From sequence record Ga0255782_10001211: a stretch of 22,668 nucleotides of DNA. The stretch is one strand, 5' to 3'. Origin of the DNA: a metagenome. Position numbers and translations under genes: made by a program. Positions 14,395-22,653 of this stretch are shown piece by piece. Position 1 is the stretch's first letter; every line of letters starts with the position of its first letter. The notes under the pieces are model-generated. The model was not told the origin of the DNA. It did no database searches and saw only the letters and a list, made by a program, of their open reading frames with translations.

Positions 14395-15519
14395 CTAGTA
14401 CGTCCCTCGAAACGCGCTCCACGCGACGGCGGCTTGCGTAAACAACGGCGGTCCTCCTCGAGCGACGGCTTCGTCGAACGCGTCGAAATCCTTCGCCTCG
14501 AGCGCGTCCAAATACCTCCCCACCGGAACCGCCTGCAAGAAGAACGGCTTGGCATCGCTCGGAATCCTCTCCGCCATCGCCCGAGCGCTGTCCAAATGCG
14601 CCTTTGCGACGGTCGCCACCTCGTGCGCGACGTCTCTCGCGCCTTCGCTCGGCTCGAGCCGATAGACGCTCTCCGTGCTCACCCCGCGTCTCGCGCACGC
14701 ATCGCTCGGAAAGTAACACCGCCGCTGTTTCGCGTGTGCCGTCGTCCCACGTAATAACGCGCTCAATCCAATCGCTTTACCGAGATGACTCGCCGCGTGA
14801 TCGGCGTCGGCGTTTCGAATTCCGCACGCGTCCAACGCGAGCGTTAAAGCGCTTCCGTGCGCGTCGCTCGCGTACCTCTCCAATTCCATCACGCTCCCGG
14901 GTGGTCCGCTCGCGCTCGCGTCGGTGATTCTCGCGTCAATCATCCTTTTCATCCACGTCTTTGCGCGCGCAGAGGGAGCGTTTCCCAGCGCCGCGCGGAG
15001 CGCCACGAGCACCGGATGTTGACCGCCGGCTCGAGCCTCCTCCTCGGCGTCGTCGTCGTCCAAACGAGTCAATCCATCGATCGCTCTTCGCCACCACATC
15101 AACCGCATCCTCGCCGCATCGACGGAATCAGCGCTTCCGACGACGCTTCCACTCTCCGCGTTGAGCGCGCGCACGGCAAACGCGATGGGCACGAACGGTT
15201 TCGGGAGATGAAGCGTGCAAAGGTAGGCTTCGTAATCTCTCAAACGAACCACTTCGACGCAGTGTCTAAACGCCGCGCGCAGTTCGCTGACGTCCGGTGA
15301 CGACGACGCGGAGGTTCCGGAGGAGGATCTCGCGCGTGCGGTGATGGCTGTCAGCGCAGGTTTTATGGACGACGCGCGGTGTCGAGACGTCGTCATTAAC
15401 GTCATCGTCATGAATGAATGAATGCGACGCGACGCGCCGGCGTGTGAGGAGAACGCGGGACTGAGTCGGATGGTTGATCCATCCGATGGTAGGAATGATT
15501 GGAACGCGCTTGAGATCAT
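14395..15519 (-). CDS. NDUFAF6: NADH dehydrogenase (complex I) assembly factor 6, squalene/phytoene-synthase-fold family (start uncertain: ATG at 15519, 15411 or 15405)
   Basis: It aligns with NDUFAF6 end to end: VRLRDYEAYLCTLHLP, AVRALNAE, RMRLMWWRRAI, QHPV, ELERYASDAHGSAL, DHAASHLGKAIG, YFPSD, and a C-terminal ...W..FRGTY like human ...WRKTY. The ORF is open further upstream (to 15690), but that part overlaps the end of the preceding gene. Confidence 0.85.
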   Translation of the reverse strand: MISSAFQSFLPSDGSTIRLSPAFSSHAGASRRIHSFMTMTLMTTSRHRASSIKPALTAITARARSSSGTSASSSPDVSELRAAFRHCVEVVRLRDYEAYLCTLHLPKPFVPIAFAVRALNAESGSVVGSADSVDAARMRLMWWRRAIDGLTRLDDDDAEEEARAGGQHPVLVALRAALGNAPSARAKTWMKRMIDARITDASASGPPGSVMELERYASDAHGSALTLALDACGIRNADADHAASHLGKAIGLSALLRGTTAHAKQRRCYFPSDACARRGVSTESVYRLEPSEGARDVAHEVATVAKAHLDSARAMAERIPSDAKPFFLQAVPVGRYLDALEAKDFDAFDEAVARGGPPLFTQAAVAWSAFRGTY

Positions 15520-15545
15520 GTGAGGATGCAGAAAGTGTGTGCGAT

Positions 15546-18203
15546 TTAAAAATCTGTATCCAAGGAGGCTAAAACATCGCGAATGGCGCAGACGTCTGGA
15601 TGGTCGTCGCCGAGAAGCGCTCGTTGTAAATCCAACGCGCGCTCTAATAACGGCCGACCGCGAGAGTTGTCCTCGCGGTCCAAGTGACAAATGGCCAAAT
15701 CAGTGAGCGTTTGTACCGTCTCAGGATGGTCAATCCCCAGGACGGATTCCTGGATGGCTAGAGCGCGTTCAAAGAGGGATTGCGCGCGGTCAAAACGTTC
15801 GCTTTCGCTGTAGAGCGTGGCGAGATCCGTCATGGCGGCGGCGACTTCGGGGTGGTGTTCTCCGAGCGTCTCGATGCGACGAGTGATTTCTCGCTCGAGT
15901 GCGGACGCAGATGAAGCGAACTCCGGGGAAATGTCACCACGAACGTCTGCTGCTGTGGTCATGGTGGTTCCGTGATGATCTCTAGCGCCCGTCGGCGAGG
16001 TGAAAGACGATTGACCAACGTCGCGTTTTGCGGTGGACGTTGGGCTCGTCGCCGACGCCCACATTGCGCTCGATGCCGTGGGCGATCGCACCGTCGTACC
16101 TGTTCGTCCACGAATATTGTATGGATCTTCGAGCTCGTCGATGGCAGTCTCGATGACGTCTCTTATGGCGCTCTTGAGCGTTCTCGGCAAGTGACTGCGG
16201 ACTCTAGAACCGACAATGTCGACGCAAGCCAATACGACTTTCACCGCCATCCCTCGCGCCTCGCCGTTGGCGCTGTCGAAACACCTCGATGCGAATTTCA
16301 TGACGTGTTCGAGCGCGAACGACTCATCCTTGCGCGGCGCGTCCAATCCGTACGTCGGAATAAGCTCGACCATGAGCGTCAGTCTCCCGGTTAACACGCG
16401 CCAAAGACTAAGCTTTTGAACCGGTTTGCACAAGGCGTGCGCGAGGATTGAAACCCCACCCGGAGCGTCGCCAGCGAACGCGTGTAATGCTTCCCTAATG
16501 CTCTCGCGAAGACGCGGATTGGTGTCGCCCAGCTTGTCAACTAACAATGAGATTGAGTCATCGACGGCATCCTTGACGTCTCTGGCGGAGACGTGGGCGG
16601 CGAAAGCCTTTGCGGCGGATGCCAACGTGATGGCGGCGGCGCACGTCACATTGGCCACCTTGTCGTTGAATAATCTATCACCCAAAGTCTTGCAGAGGGT
16701 TTGAAACGTCTCGCGCGGATCGACACCGAGAACTTTTGAAGCGTCTTCGCTCTCCCACGCGGCGATGAGACTTTTATTGATGGATTGTAAAGCGCTCTCG
16801 CGATGCATCCACGCGTTGCTGTACAACTTCATGACGACGTCTTCGCCGAAGGTGGCGATGATGGGGGCGGCGTTGACCTGCTCGGACGGAGAAAGCGGTG
16901 GCGGTGGCGGAGCGTCGTCGTCATTTGCTGAAGCCGCGGCTGCCTTCTTGGCGCTCTGCACTTTGTCCTCCTCTTCTTCTTCAAAGAACGCCGCAGCTTC
17001 CGCCTCGAGCTCCGGAGGAACACGCCTACCGGTGGCGACGGCGGGAACTTCATCATTGCTCATCCCAGCCGCGCTGACGTCGTCTTCTCGGAATGAGTTT
17101 GGCTTTTCAATCTCCAACGGCGCCGGACGCCTGGGCGGTGGCGGCGGTGGCGCTTGAGCGCTGTTGGACGCCACGCTTGGCTTTCGCTCGTGCATCACCG
17201 CTGCGGGCAGCTCGGATGAAGAAACTGGTGGATCATTCTCGTGCGCTAACTCTCGCATCGCGTCCGCGTGCTTTGAACGGATCGGCACATCGTCAAACGA
17301 AAACGCTTTTCGCGTCGTCGGCGGCTGCGACGTCGGCGCGTCGTCGGCGCGAGTCTCGACGACTGGCGGCGAATGCACCGAAGTCGTGCCGCTCATCGAG
17401 CGTGCACCCGAATCACGCGGTGACAGCGAACCACCAAAGGCATCCTCGTAACCGGTCGCGCGAAGTCTATCAATCTCAATCTTCAACCTCTTGGCTTCGT
17501 CGTAATCCTCAATCTCCACTGCGCGCATCTTTTCCTCCTGCAGCGCCTTCACCTTGACTCCAAATTCACGCAATCGCGAGATGACGTCTCTCAAGCGCTT
17601 CGCCTCGTCGTAGTCTTCCGCATCCACGGCGTGCTCCTTCCTCGCGATCACCTCTCGAAGCTTTTCCTCTGTCATGGCGTCGACGCCTCTGCCAGCCGAT
17701 GATCCGCCGCCCGTGCGATGTCCAAGCAAAGGCGCCCTCTCCGCCGACGCGCCGTTCCCAGAACCGCTCATCCTTCGTTGTGGCTTCTCACCCATGGTCT
17801 CACCGATCAACGTCAACCCCATCAACCCGATCTGTCGTCCCTCGTTCCTCGAGTTTTCGTGACACCCCGAAAACTCCAATCGAACCTCGACCGCATCCTT
17901 CACGTTGACATGCACCGTCTTCAACTCCCTCGCCTTGTACCCACACTCCGAGTTACTCTCAAATCGCAACGTCCCCAACCGTTTCACGGTTCGTCTTCCA
18001 CCGCCATCCAGTCTCGTGACGTATACGTGACACTCGCTCGCGATTTTACACTCGTGCGAGAGCAACTTCAACTGCCGCAACGCGCTCGGCGCGTCCAATC
18101 TCACCGTCGCGTACGCCGGGAACCCCGCCCCGCGCGCCGTGAGCCATCCCCGCGATTTGTTCTCCCCGCGTATGTGTAATTCACTCGCCGCGTGTCCCGG
18201 TTC
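15546..18203 (-). CDS. CEP104: CEP104/FAP256-like protein (jelly-roll N-domain, two EDYDxAK repeats, TOG/HEAT domain) with a C-terminal TPR array, exon 2
   Basis: The frame is open upstream of the track's GTG 'start' (18104) up to an acceptor ACGTAG|G at 18204-18205. Matches to CEP104: GHAASELHIRGENKSRGW, LRQLKLLSH, GYKARELKTVHV, QIGLMGLTLIGE, two copies of (A/I)EDYDEAKRL(R/K), and the TOG-like HVMKFASRCFDSANGEARGMAVKVVL. The C-terminal ~130 aa carry kinesin-light-chain-type TPRs (LGEHHPEVAAAMTDLATLY, LGIDHPETVQTLTDLAICH, LGDDHPDVCAIRDVLASL). Confidence 0.8.
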   Translation of the reverse strand, partial: EPGHAASELHIRGENKSRGWLTARGAGFPAYATVRLDAPSALRQLKLLSHECKIASECHVYVTRLDGGGRRTVKRLGTLRFESNSECGYKARELKTVHVNVKDAVEVRLEFSGCHENSRNEGRQIGLMGLTLIGETMGEKPQRRMSGSGNGASAERAPLLGHRTGGGSSAGRGVDAMTEEKLREVIARKEHAVDAEDYDEAKRLRDVISRLREFGVKVKALQEEKMRAVEIEDYDEAKRLKIEIDRLRATGYEDAFGGSLSPRDSGARSMSGTTSVHSPPVVETRADDAPTSQPPTTRKAFSFDDVPIRSKHADAMRELAHENDPPVSSSELPAAVMHERKPSVASNSAQAPPPPPPRRPAPLEIEKPNSFREDDVSAAGMSNDEVPAVATGRRVPPELEAEAAAFFEEEEEDKVQSAKKAAAASANDDDAPPPPPLSPSEQVNAAPIIATFGEDVVMKLYSNAWMHRESALQSINKSLIAAWESEDASKVLGVDPRETFQTLCKTLGDRLFNDKVANVTCAAAITLASAAKAFAAHVSARDVKDAVDDSISLLVDKLGDTNPRLRESIREALHAFAGDAPGGVSILAHALCKPVQKLSLWRVLTGRLTLMVELIPTYGLDAPRKDESFALEHVMKFASRCFDSANGEARGMAVKVVLACVDIVGSRVRSHLPRTLKSAIRDVIETAIDELEDPYNIRGRTGTTVRSPTASSAMWASATSPTSTAKRDVGQSSFTSPTGARDHHGTTMTTAADVRGDISPEFASSASALEREITRRIETLGEHHPEVAAAMTDLATLYSESERFDRAQSLFERALAIQESVLGIDHPETVQTLTDLAICHLDREDNSRGRPLLERALDLQRALLGDDHPDVCAIRDVLASLDTDF

Positions 18204-18323
18204 CTACGTCGTTCGTTCGGTCGTCAGTCGTCACTCGCATCAAAAGTGTTTGTTTCAAATTTCATCTTTCAAAACGTAAACGCGAACGTCGCGTCGTGCG
18301 TCTCGCGTCGTCACCACACTCAC
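18204..18323 (-). other. Spliceosomal intron (120 nt, phase 0) of the CEP104-like gene
   Basis: On the minus strand: donor GAG|GTGAGTG, branch-like GACGACTGACG about 20 nt from the 3' end, acceptor GACGTAG|G. The intron contains in-frame stops. Confidence 0.7.
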
Positions 18324-18416
18324 CTCGGACGAGCGGTCTACGACCGTATACGCGAGTTCACGCGACTGCGACGTCGGCGCGCCTCGCGCGTCGGTACCGG
18401 CGACGACGAGCGGCAT
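18324..18416 (-). CDS. CEP104: CEP104-like protein, exon 1 (MPLVVAGTDARGAPTSQSRELAYTVVDRSSE)
   Basis: ATG at 18414-18416 with A at -3. After splicing, LAYTVVDRSSE|EPGHAASEL parallels the CEP104 N-terminus (IGFVVVSSSGHEDGFSAREL in human, recalled from memory). Confidence 0.7.
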
Positions 18417-18540
18417 TTTGACGACGACTCGCCAGTCAACGGCCAAAGTCAACGAAGAGCAGGTCCTAAAATGACGAGTCGTGAACCTTCAAATGAGATT
18501 CATCAAAAGTCTAAAATGTTGCCTAGTGTGCTACTACAAA

Positions 18541-20685
18541 CTACGAGTTGAGCCACGTCCACGCGTCGGCGAGCGGATTCTTCGTTCGCGCGCCGTTCGC
18601 GCGGTCGTCGGAGTCTATGTCTGATGTCGTCGAAGATATCGGTAGATGGCCTGTTGTCGCCGGACGCGCGTGGCGGTGTTCGAGAGCGTGGCGGTGTTCG
18701 CCGTAATAGTTTGGGATTTCGTCTTCGTCTTCATCGTCCGTGTCTGGGACGGTGCGCACGTCGAGGTTTGAGAGCGCTGTCGATGCGGCAGCGGCTTTCG
18801 CGCGGTGGCGTGAGCGGGTTGTGAGATCGATGTCGTCACCGTCGTCCGCGTACTGGTCTTCGTCTTCGTCTTCTTCGTCCTCGTCTTCAATGCCGAGAAA
18901 GTTGCGGATGGAGCGCCAACCGCGTCTCGCGCGGGCGCGCACGCGCTCGTCGTGGAGGAGCGCGCTCACGGCGTCTTCCTCATCCTCTTCGTCGGATTCG
19001 CGATCGAGTTCGTCGTGTTGGATCCAGGCGCTTCCACCGGCTTTCACGCGGTCGTGAATAGTCTTGACGGCGGCTTGATACGTTCCCGGAATGTGGTCGA
19101 GCATCATGTACGGATCGAGTAAGACGTCGGTGAACGCCGTCGGATGCTTGTATTCAGCCGTCGGGGCGCTCGAGCGCACGTGTTTGAGATGGATCACTCG
19201 ACCCGGTTGGACCATAAAGTCCATCGCGGAGTGGTCTCGAAGCTCGAGACCGACGACGTCTTCGAGGTCGTTCCAGTCTCCTTGACACGTGCGCTTACTT
19301 CCCTTCTTCTTGCGAGCCGACGTTGGCTTGAACTCTTCCGCAGTAGGCTTAACCGGCGATGTGATCGGCGTTTCCGAGTCGTTCATCGCAGAAGACGACG
19401 TCAGCGGCTGCGAGGCTTTGTCCTCGTCCTCGTCCTCATCCGTCGTTGCCGCGGTCAAGTCTTGTTTCGACGACGGCCTGTCTCTGCCGCCGAGAACGGA
19501 CGAAACAGCTCGAAGCATCGCGTGAGACGGCGCGGCGTGGTTCAACCTTCGCAAGAGGCGGCGAACAGAGGCGTGGCAGAGTCTAGGAACCACATCGGCG
19601 CCGGCGACGACGCACGTGATGTACTCGCTTGCCTTGTCGCTCAAATTCATGCTACTCACGCTTGGCGCGGCGATGCAGACGCATTTACACGCGGCGAGTC
19701 GCGTCAAAACCTCTCTCTTTGCGTCTTCCTCAAATGCACCGAGCCCTTCCAGCGCGAGTTTCTCTATATCACTGTCCGTACTGTGCATCAACATGGCGAT
19801 ACACGCGGCGACGCCGCCACCCATGCTGTGCCCCGTGACGAGAAACTCAAACGATGGATTCTTCGCCAATGCCGCCGCCGCCGCCGGGATCATTCGCTTC
19901 ACAACCTGCCACGCCGAGGCAACCATCCCAGCGTGAGCCCACCCATCTAAAAACTCTACGCTCTCGCTATTCACATCCGTCAACGCGTCGTGAAGTTCCC
20001 ACGTCCCGCGCACGGACAACGCCACCTTGCCTTCCACCCGATCGACGGCAACGAATGAACTCGGCGAAAACTCCGTCCCGTTCCAATCCGCATCAATCAC
20101 ATCCTCCGTATCAATCTCACAACTCTTCGCGCACGCCTCGGACGCCAACGCGTGCATCCTTTCGTAATCCTTCGTCGTCGCTCCGCTCGCCGCGGCGTGC
20201 GTCTTTAAACTCTTCAATTTTTCTCTAAAAGACGCGTCGCTCAACACCGAAGAAGCCGTCCCGTACGCCCCGATCGCGTACTTCACCGCCACTCGCACCG
20301 CTCGCAACGCGTGCACATCCGGTGCGTTCACCGGATTCGTTCGCGCGTCACCCTCTCCGTCCGGGTACAACTCGCGAAGTCCCCTAGTTTTGTTTCGCTC
20401 GGCTTCGCGTTGTTCATTCCACAAGACGAATCCAGCCATGGGATCGAACGTCGCCATCCCGACGACACCCAGCGGTTTGAGCTCCGCCATGACGGACGTG
20501 TAGACGGTTCTCAGTGCGCGTTCGAGTTCGAGCCATCCCGCGGTGACGGTTTTGATGCGTCGCGGCGTGGACGTCGACGGTAACGATGATGTCGATGCGC
20601 GTTCGTCGTTCGTTTGTCGCACAGAAGATTCTTCTTTTGAATCGCCGCCGTCGCCGCCGCCGACGGTTTTCGTTGGGGTGTCCAT
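18541..20685 (-). CDS. Class 3 (fungal-type) lipase domain protein, sn-1 diacylglycerol-lipase-like
   Basis: 714-aa ORF with ATG at 20683-20685. Lipase_3 features are present: SVRGTWELHDALTD, GWAHAGM, the nucleophile elbow LVTGHSMGGGVAA, and GADVVPRL. The C-terminal half is long, acidic and low-complexity (EDEDEEDEDED). Confidence 0.85.
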   Translation of the reverse strand: MDTPTKTVGGGDGGDSKEESSVRQTNDERASTSSLPSTSTPRRIKTVTAGWLELERALRTVYTSVMAELKPLGVVGMATFDPMAGFVLWNEQREAERNKTRGLRELYPDGEGDARTNPVNAPDVHALRAVRVAVKYAIGAYGTASSVLSDASFREKLKSLKTHAAASGATTKDYERMHALASEACAKSCEIDTEDVIDADWNGTEFSPSSFVAVDRVEGKVALSVRGTWELHDALTDVNSESVEFLDGWAHAGMVASAWQVVKRMIPAAAAALAKNPSFEFLVTGHSMGGGVAACIAMLMHSTDSDIEKLALEGLGAFEEDAKREVLTRLAACKCVCIAAPSVSSMNLSDKASEYITCVVAGADVVPRLCHASVRRLLRRLNHAAPSHAMLRAVSSVLGGRDRPSSKQDLTAATTDEDEDEDKASQPLTSSSAMNDSETPITSPVKPTAEEFKPTSARKKKGSKRTCQGDWNDLEDVVGLELRDHSAMDFMVQPGRVIHLKHVRSSAPTAEYKHPTAFTDVLLDPYMMLDHIPGTYQAAVKTIHDRVKAGGSAWIQHDELDRESDEEDEEDAVSALLHDERVRARARRGWRSIRNFLGIEDEDEEDEDEDQYADDGDDIDLTTRSRHRAKAAAASTALSNLDVRTVPDTDDEDEDEIPNYYGEHRHALEHRHARPATTGHLPISSTTSDIDSDDRANGARTKNPLADAWTWLNS

Positions 20686-20797
20686 GATGCGAGACGACTA
20701 CGACTACGACGAGCGTGACTGTGCGTCGTCAGACGTGATTGTCACCGGACTCGCGCGTCGAAGTGAGGCGACGCACGAATGAAATTGAGTTTTGTTC

Positions 20798-22282
20798 TTA
20801 CACCACTGTGGCAACCGTCATCCCGTCGCTTTGCGCGCGTTGAGGATGAAAGCTTTGGCTAAAACCGATCGCGATGAACGTCTCAATCGCGCTAGACGAT
20901 GCGACTAGGAAAGATTTACGAGCGCCGAGACGAAGTTCGACGCGACGACCGCGACGCAGTCGCGTCTCGGCGACGACTTCGTGCGACGATAATCTAAGAG
21001 AGTACGAAGACGCCGCACCGTCGCCGGTGAGTTTGAGGGCGTACTTGGTGAGCGGGATTGAAAATGAGACTGTGGTCTTCATCTTGGCGGCATTCTCGCG
21101 AGAGGACGTCTTGAAATCGCGGCCGAGCTCGAGCTCTAGTCCGCGCGTCTGTCCCGCCTTGTCCAATTTGGACTTTGCGATGATTTGCGCGCGCGTTGTC
21201 GAGTTTAATTTGGCCCGAACGGCGAGACGAACGGCGTGCGATTTCACGATATCTGACGTGGCTCGAAACTTGACGTCGATCGCATCGCGTAAAGGGTGAG
21301 ATGATTCCGGGTTCGGCGAAGGAGGCTTGGAATTCGCCGTGACGACAGCGCGCGCCGACGCCTTTTCAAAATTGTACGCGTACTGCGCCTTGGCTGCATT
21401 CGTTCGAGGCGTCGCCGCCCTCTTCTCAGTCTTCCTCTCAGTCTTTGCCTCGCTCGGCTCCGTTCCCTTTGGCTTACCTTCCTCGCTCGAGTTCACGCCG
21501 TGAAGTAGCCGAAAGGCGTCGTACTGCTTGGTCGGCGTCCCGAATGAAAACGAAGCCGATGTCGCTCGCGTCGCGGTGACCAACCCGCGATCCAGCCGAC
21601 CCTTCACGCTCTGCCTAAACTCCATCCCAAACTCCTGATGCACGCTTCCGAGTTCTAATTCAACTTCCTTCGTCAGCGTGTGCGCGTTCACCGTGGCGTG
21701 AAACGCCTTGTAGTCCTCATCTAAACCGTCGGCGGTTGCGAATCGCCGCTCCACGTCCGCCTCCACGTCCCATCTCGACCGCACCGGATCGCCCTCGGGC
21801 TCACAATCGCTCGTCGCTTGCACCACACACCGTCGTCCACGCCCTAAGTCGTGCGTCGTCACCACAGACATTGCCGCGTCGTTCTTTTTAACCTTTTTCG
21901 ATCCGCCTCCGTCCTCGACTGACGTAGACGGCTCCTCCTCCCCATCCTTCCCGCCACCGCCACCGCCACCGCCTCCTTTGCACCACTTTGGCACGTACCG
22001 CTCCGCACACGCGATCGCACTAGTCCGATCCGCATCGCCGACGAACCCAACGCGTCGTCGCGTCGTCGTCGTCGTCGCCGCCGCCGCCGCCGTCTCAGAA
22101 CGCCGAGCCTCCAGACGCGCGCGGTGTCGCCCGCCGCCGCCCGCGCGAACGCTCACCCGTTTCCCGTCTTCCCCGCGCGCGGGACGAGACGCGTCGTCGC
22201 GAAATAGCGGCGCTAATAAATCCGTCGACCGCACCGCTCCGTCGTCGTCATCGGTGTCGTCATCGCCACCACCACCCGTCAT
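20798..22282 (-). CDS. Hypothetical protein (494 aa), no family recognised
   Basis: The ORF-track start at 22327 is GTG; the first ATG is at 22280-22282 (MTGGGGDDD...). The long ORF has GC-rich third positions. The N-terminal third is low-complexity with Gly and Asp runs. The C-terminal two-thirds show alternating polar/hydrophobic segments and three copies of [VL]EL[ER]LG. Confidence 0.6.
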   Translation of the reverse strand: MTGGGGDDDTDDDDGAVRSTDLLAPLFRDDASRPARGEDGKRVSVRAGGGGRHRARLEARRSETAAAAATTTTTRRRVGFVGDADRTSAIACAERYVPKWCKGGGGGGGGGKDGEEEPSTSVEDGGGSKKVKKNDAAMSVVTTHDLGRGRRCVVQATSDCEPEGDPVRSRWDVEADVERRFATADGLDEDYKAFHATVNAHTLTKEVELELGSVHQEFGMEFRQSVKGRLDRGLVTATRATSASFSFGTPTKQYDAFRLLHGVNSSEEGKPKGTEPSEAKTERKTEKRAATPRTNAAKAQYAYNFEKASARAVVTANSKPPSPNPESSHPLRDAIDVKFRATSDIVKSHAVRLAVRAKLNSTTRAQIIAKSKLDKAGQTRGLELELGRDFKTSSRENAAKMKTTVSFSIPLTKYALKLTGDGAASSYSLRLSSHEVVAETRLRRGRRVELRLGARKSFLVASSSAIETFIAIGFSQSFHPQRAQSDGMTVATVV

Positions 22283-22329
22283 GTGCGTAACGAACGAACG
22301 CGGTGCGGTGTTCGTTACGCACCGCACCG

Positions 22330-22353
22330 CGCGACCGCGCGACCGCGCGACCG
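22330..22353. repeat. Tandem 8-mer (CGCGACCG)x3 in the 5' leader/promoter of the orphan gene
   Basis: Read directly: cgcgaccg cgcgaccg cgcgaccg. Confidence 0.8.
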
Positions 22354-22467
22354 CGTCCCCGACGACGACCGACGAGACGAACGAACGAAACCCACCGAAC
22401 GACCGCCGTCGGTTCGGTCGATCCCCCGCGACGTCGCGTCGCGTCGCGTCGCGTTATCGGTACCCAA

Positions 22468-22488
22468 ACACACACACACACACACACA
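22468..22488. repeat. (AC)n microsatellite (~10 units) opening a ~140-nt G-poor, A/C-rich block (to ~22600)
   Basis: acacacacacacacacacaca at 22468-22488. Further ACACACA runs occur near 22540 and 22590. Confidence 0.85.
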
Positions 22489-22637
22489 TCACCTTCCACA
22501 GAAATACCATCAAGTCATACACGCGTATATACCCTTAAAACACACACAACACGTACCATACATATAAAATACAAAACAAGTCCATCAAACACACACATAG
22601 CCCGCGGTTGAAAAAGAAACCGCCTCGCGTCCTCCGA

Positions 22638-22653
22638 GGACGGACGGACGGAC
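22638..22653. repeat. (GGAC)4 tetranucleotide repeat
   Basis: ggacggacggacggac at 22638-22653. The same repeat type occurs at 3524-3535. Confidence 0.8.

Noticed and set aside
700-14400. TGTAA-type green-algal polyadenylation signals downstream of stops (for example ~783-787 minus strand after KRI1, ~14299 after RPL35A, 14386-14390 minus strand after NDUFAF6).
   Set aside because: They are present after some genes but absent or misplaced after others (SQE, LETM1-like, the aminopeptidase, the helicase). That is too inconsistent to annotate without 3'-end data.
3622-15519. Squalene epoxidase and a squalene/phytoene-synthase-fold protein in the same window, raising the possibility of a sterol/isoprenoid gene cluster.
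   Set aside because: The second gene is clearly NDUFAF6, a complex I assembly factor, by end-to-end similarity. It lies 9 kb away with unrelated genes between. The co-occurrence is coincidental.
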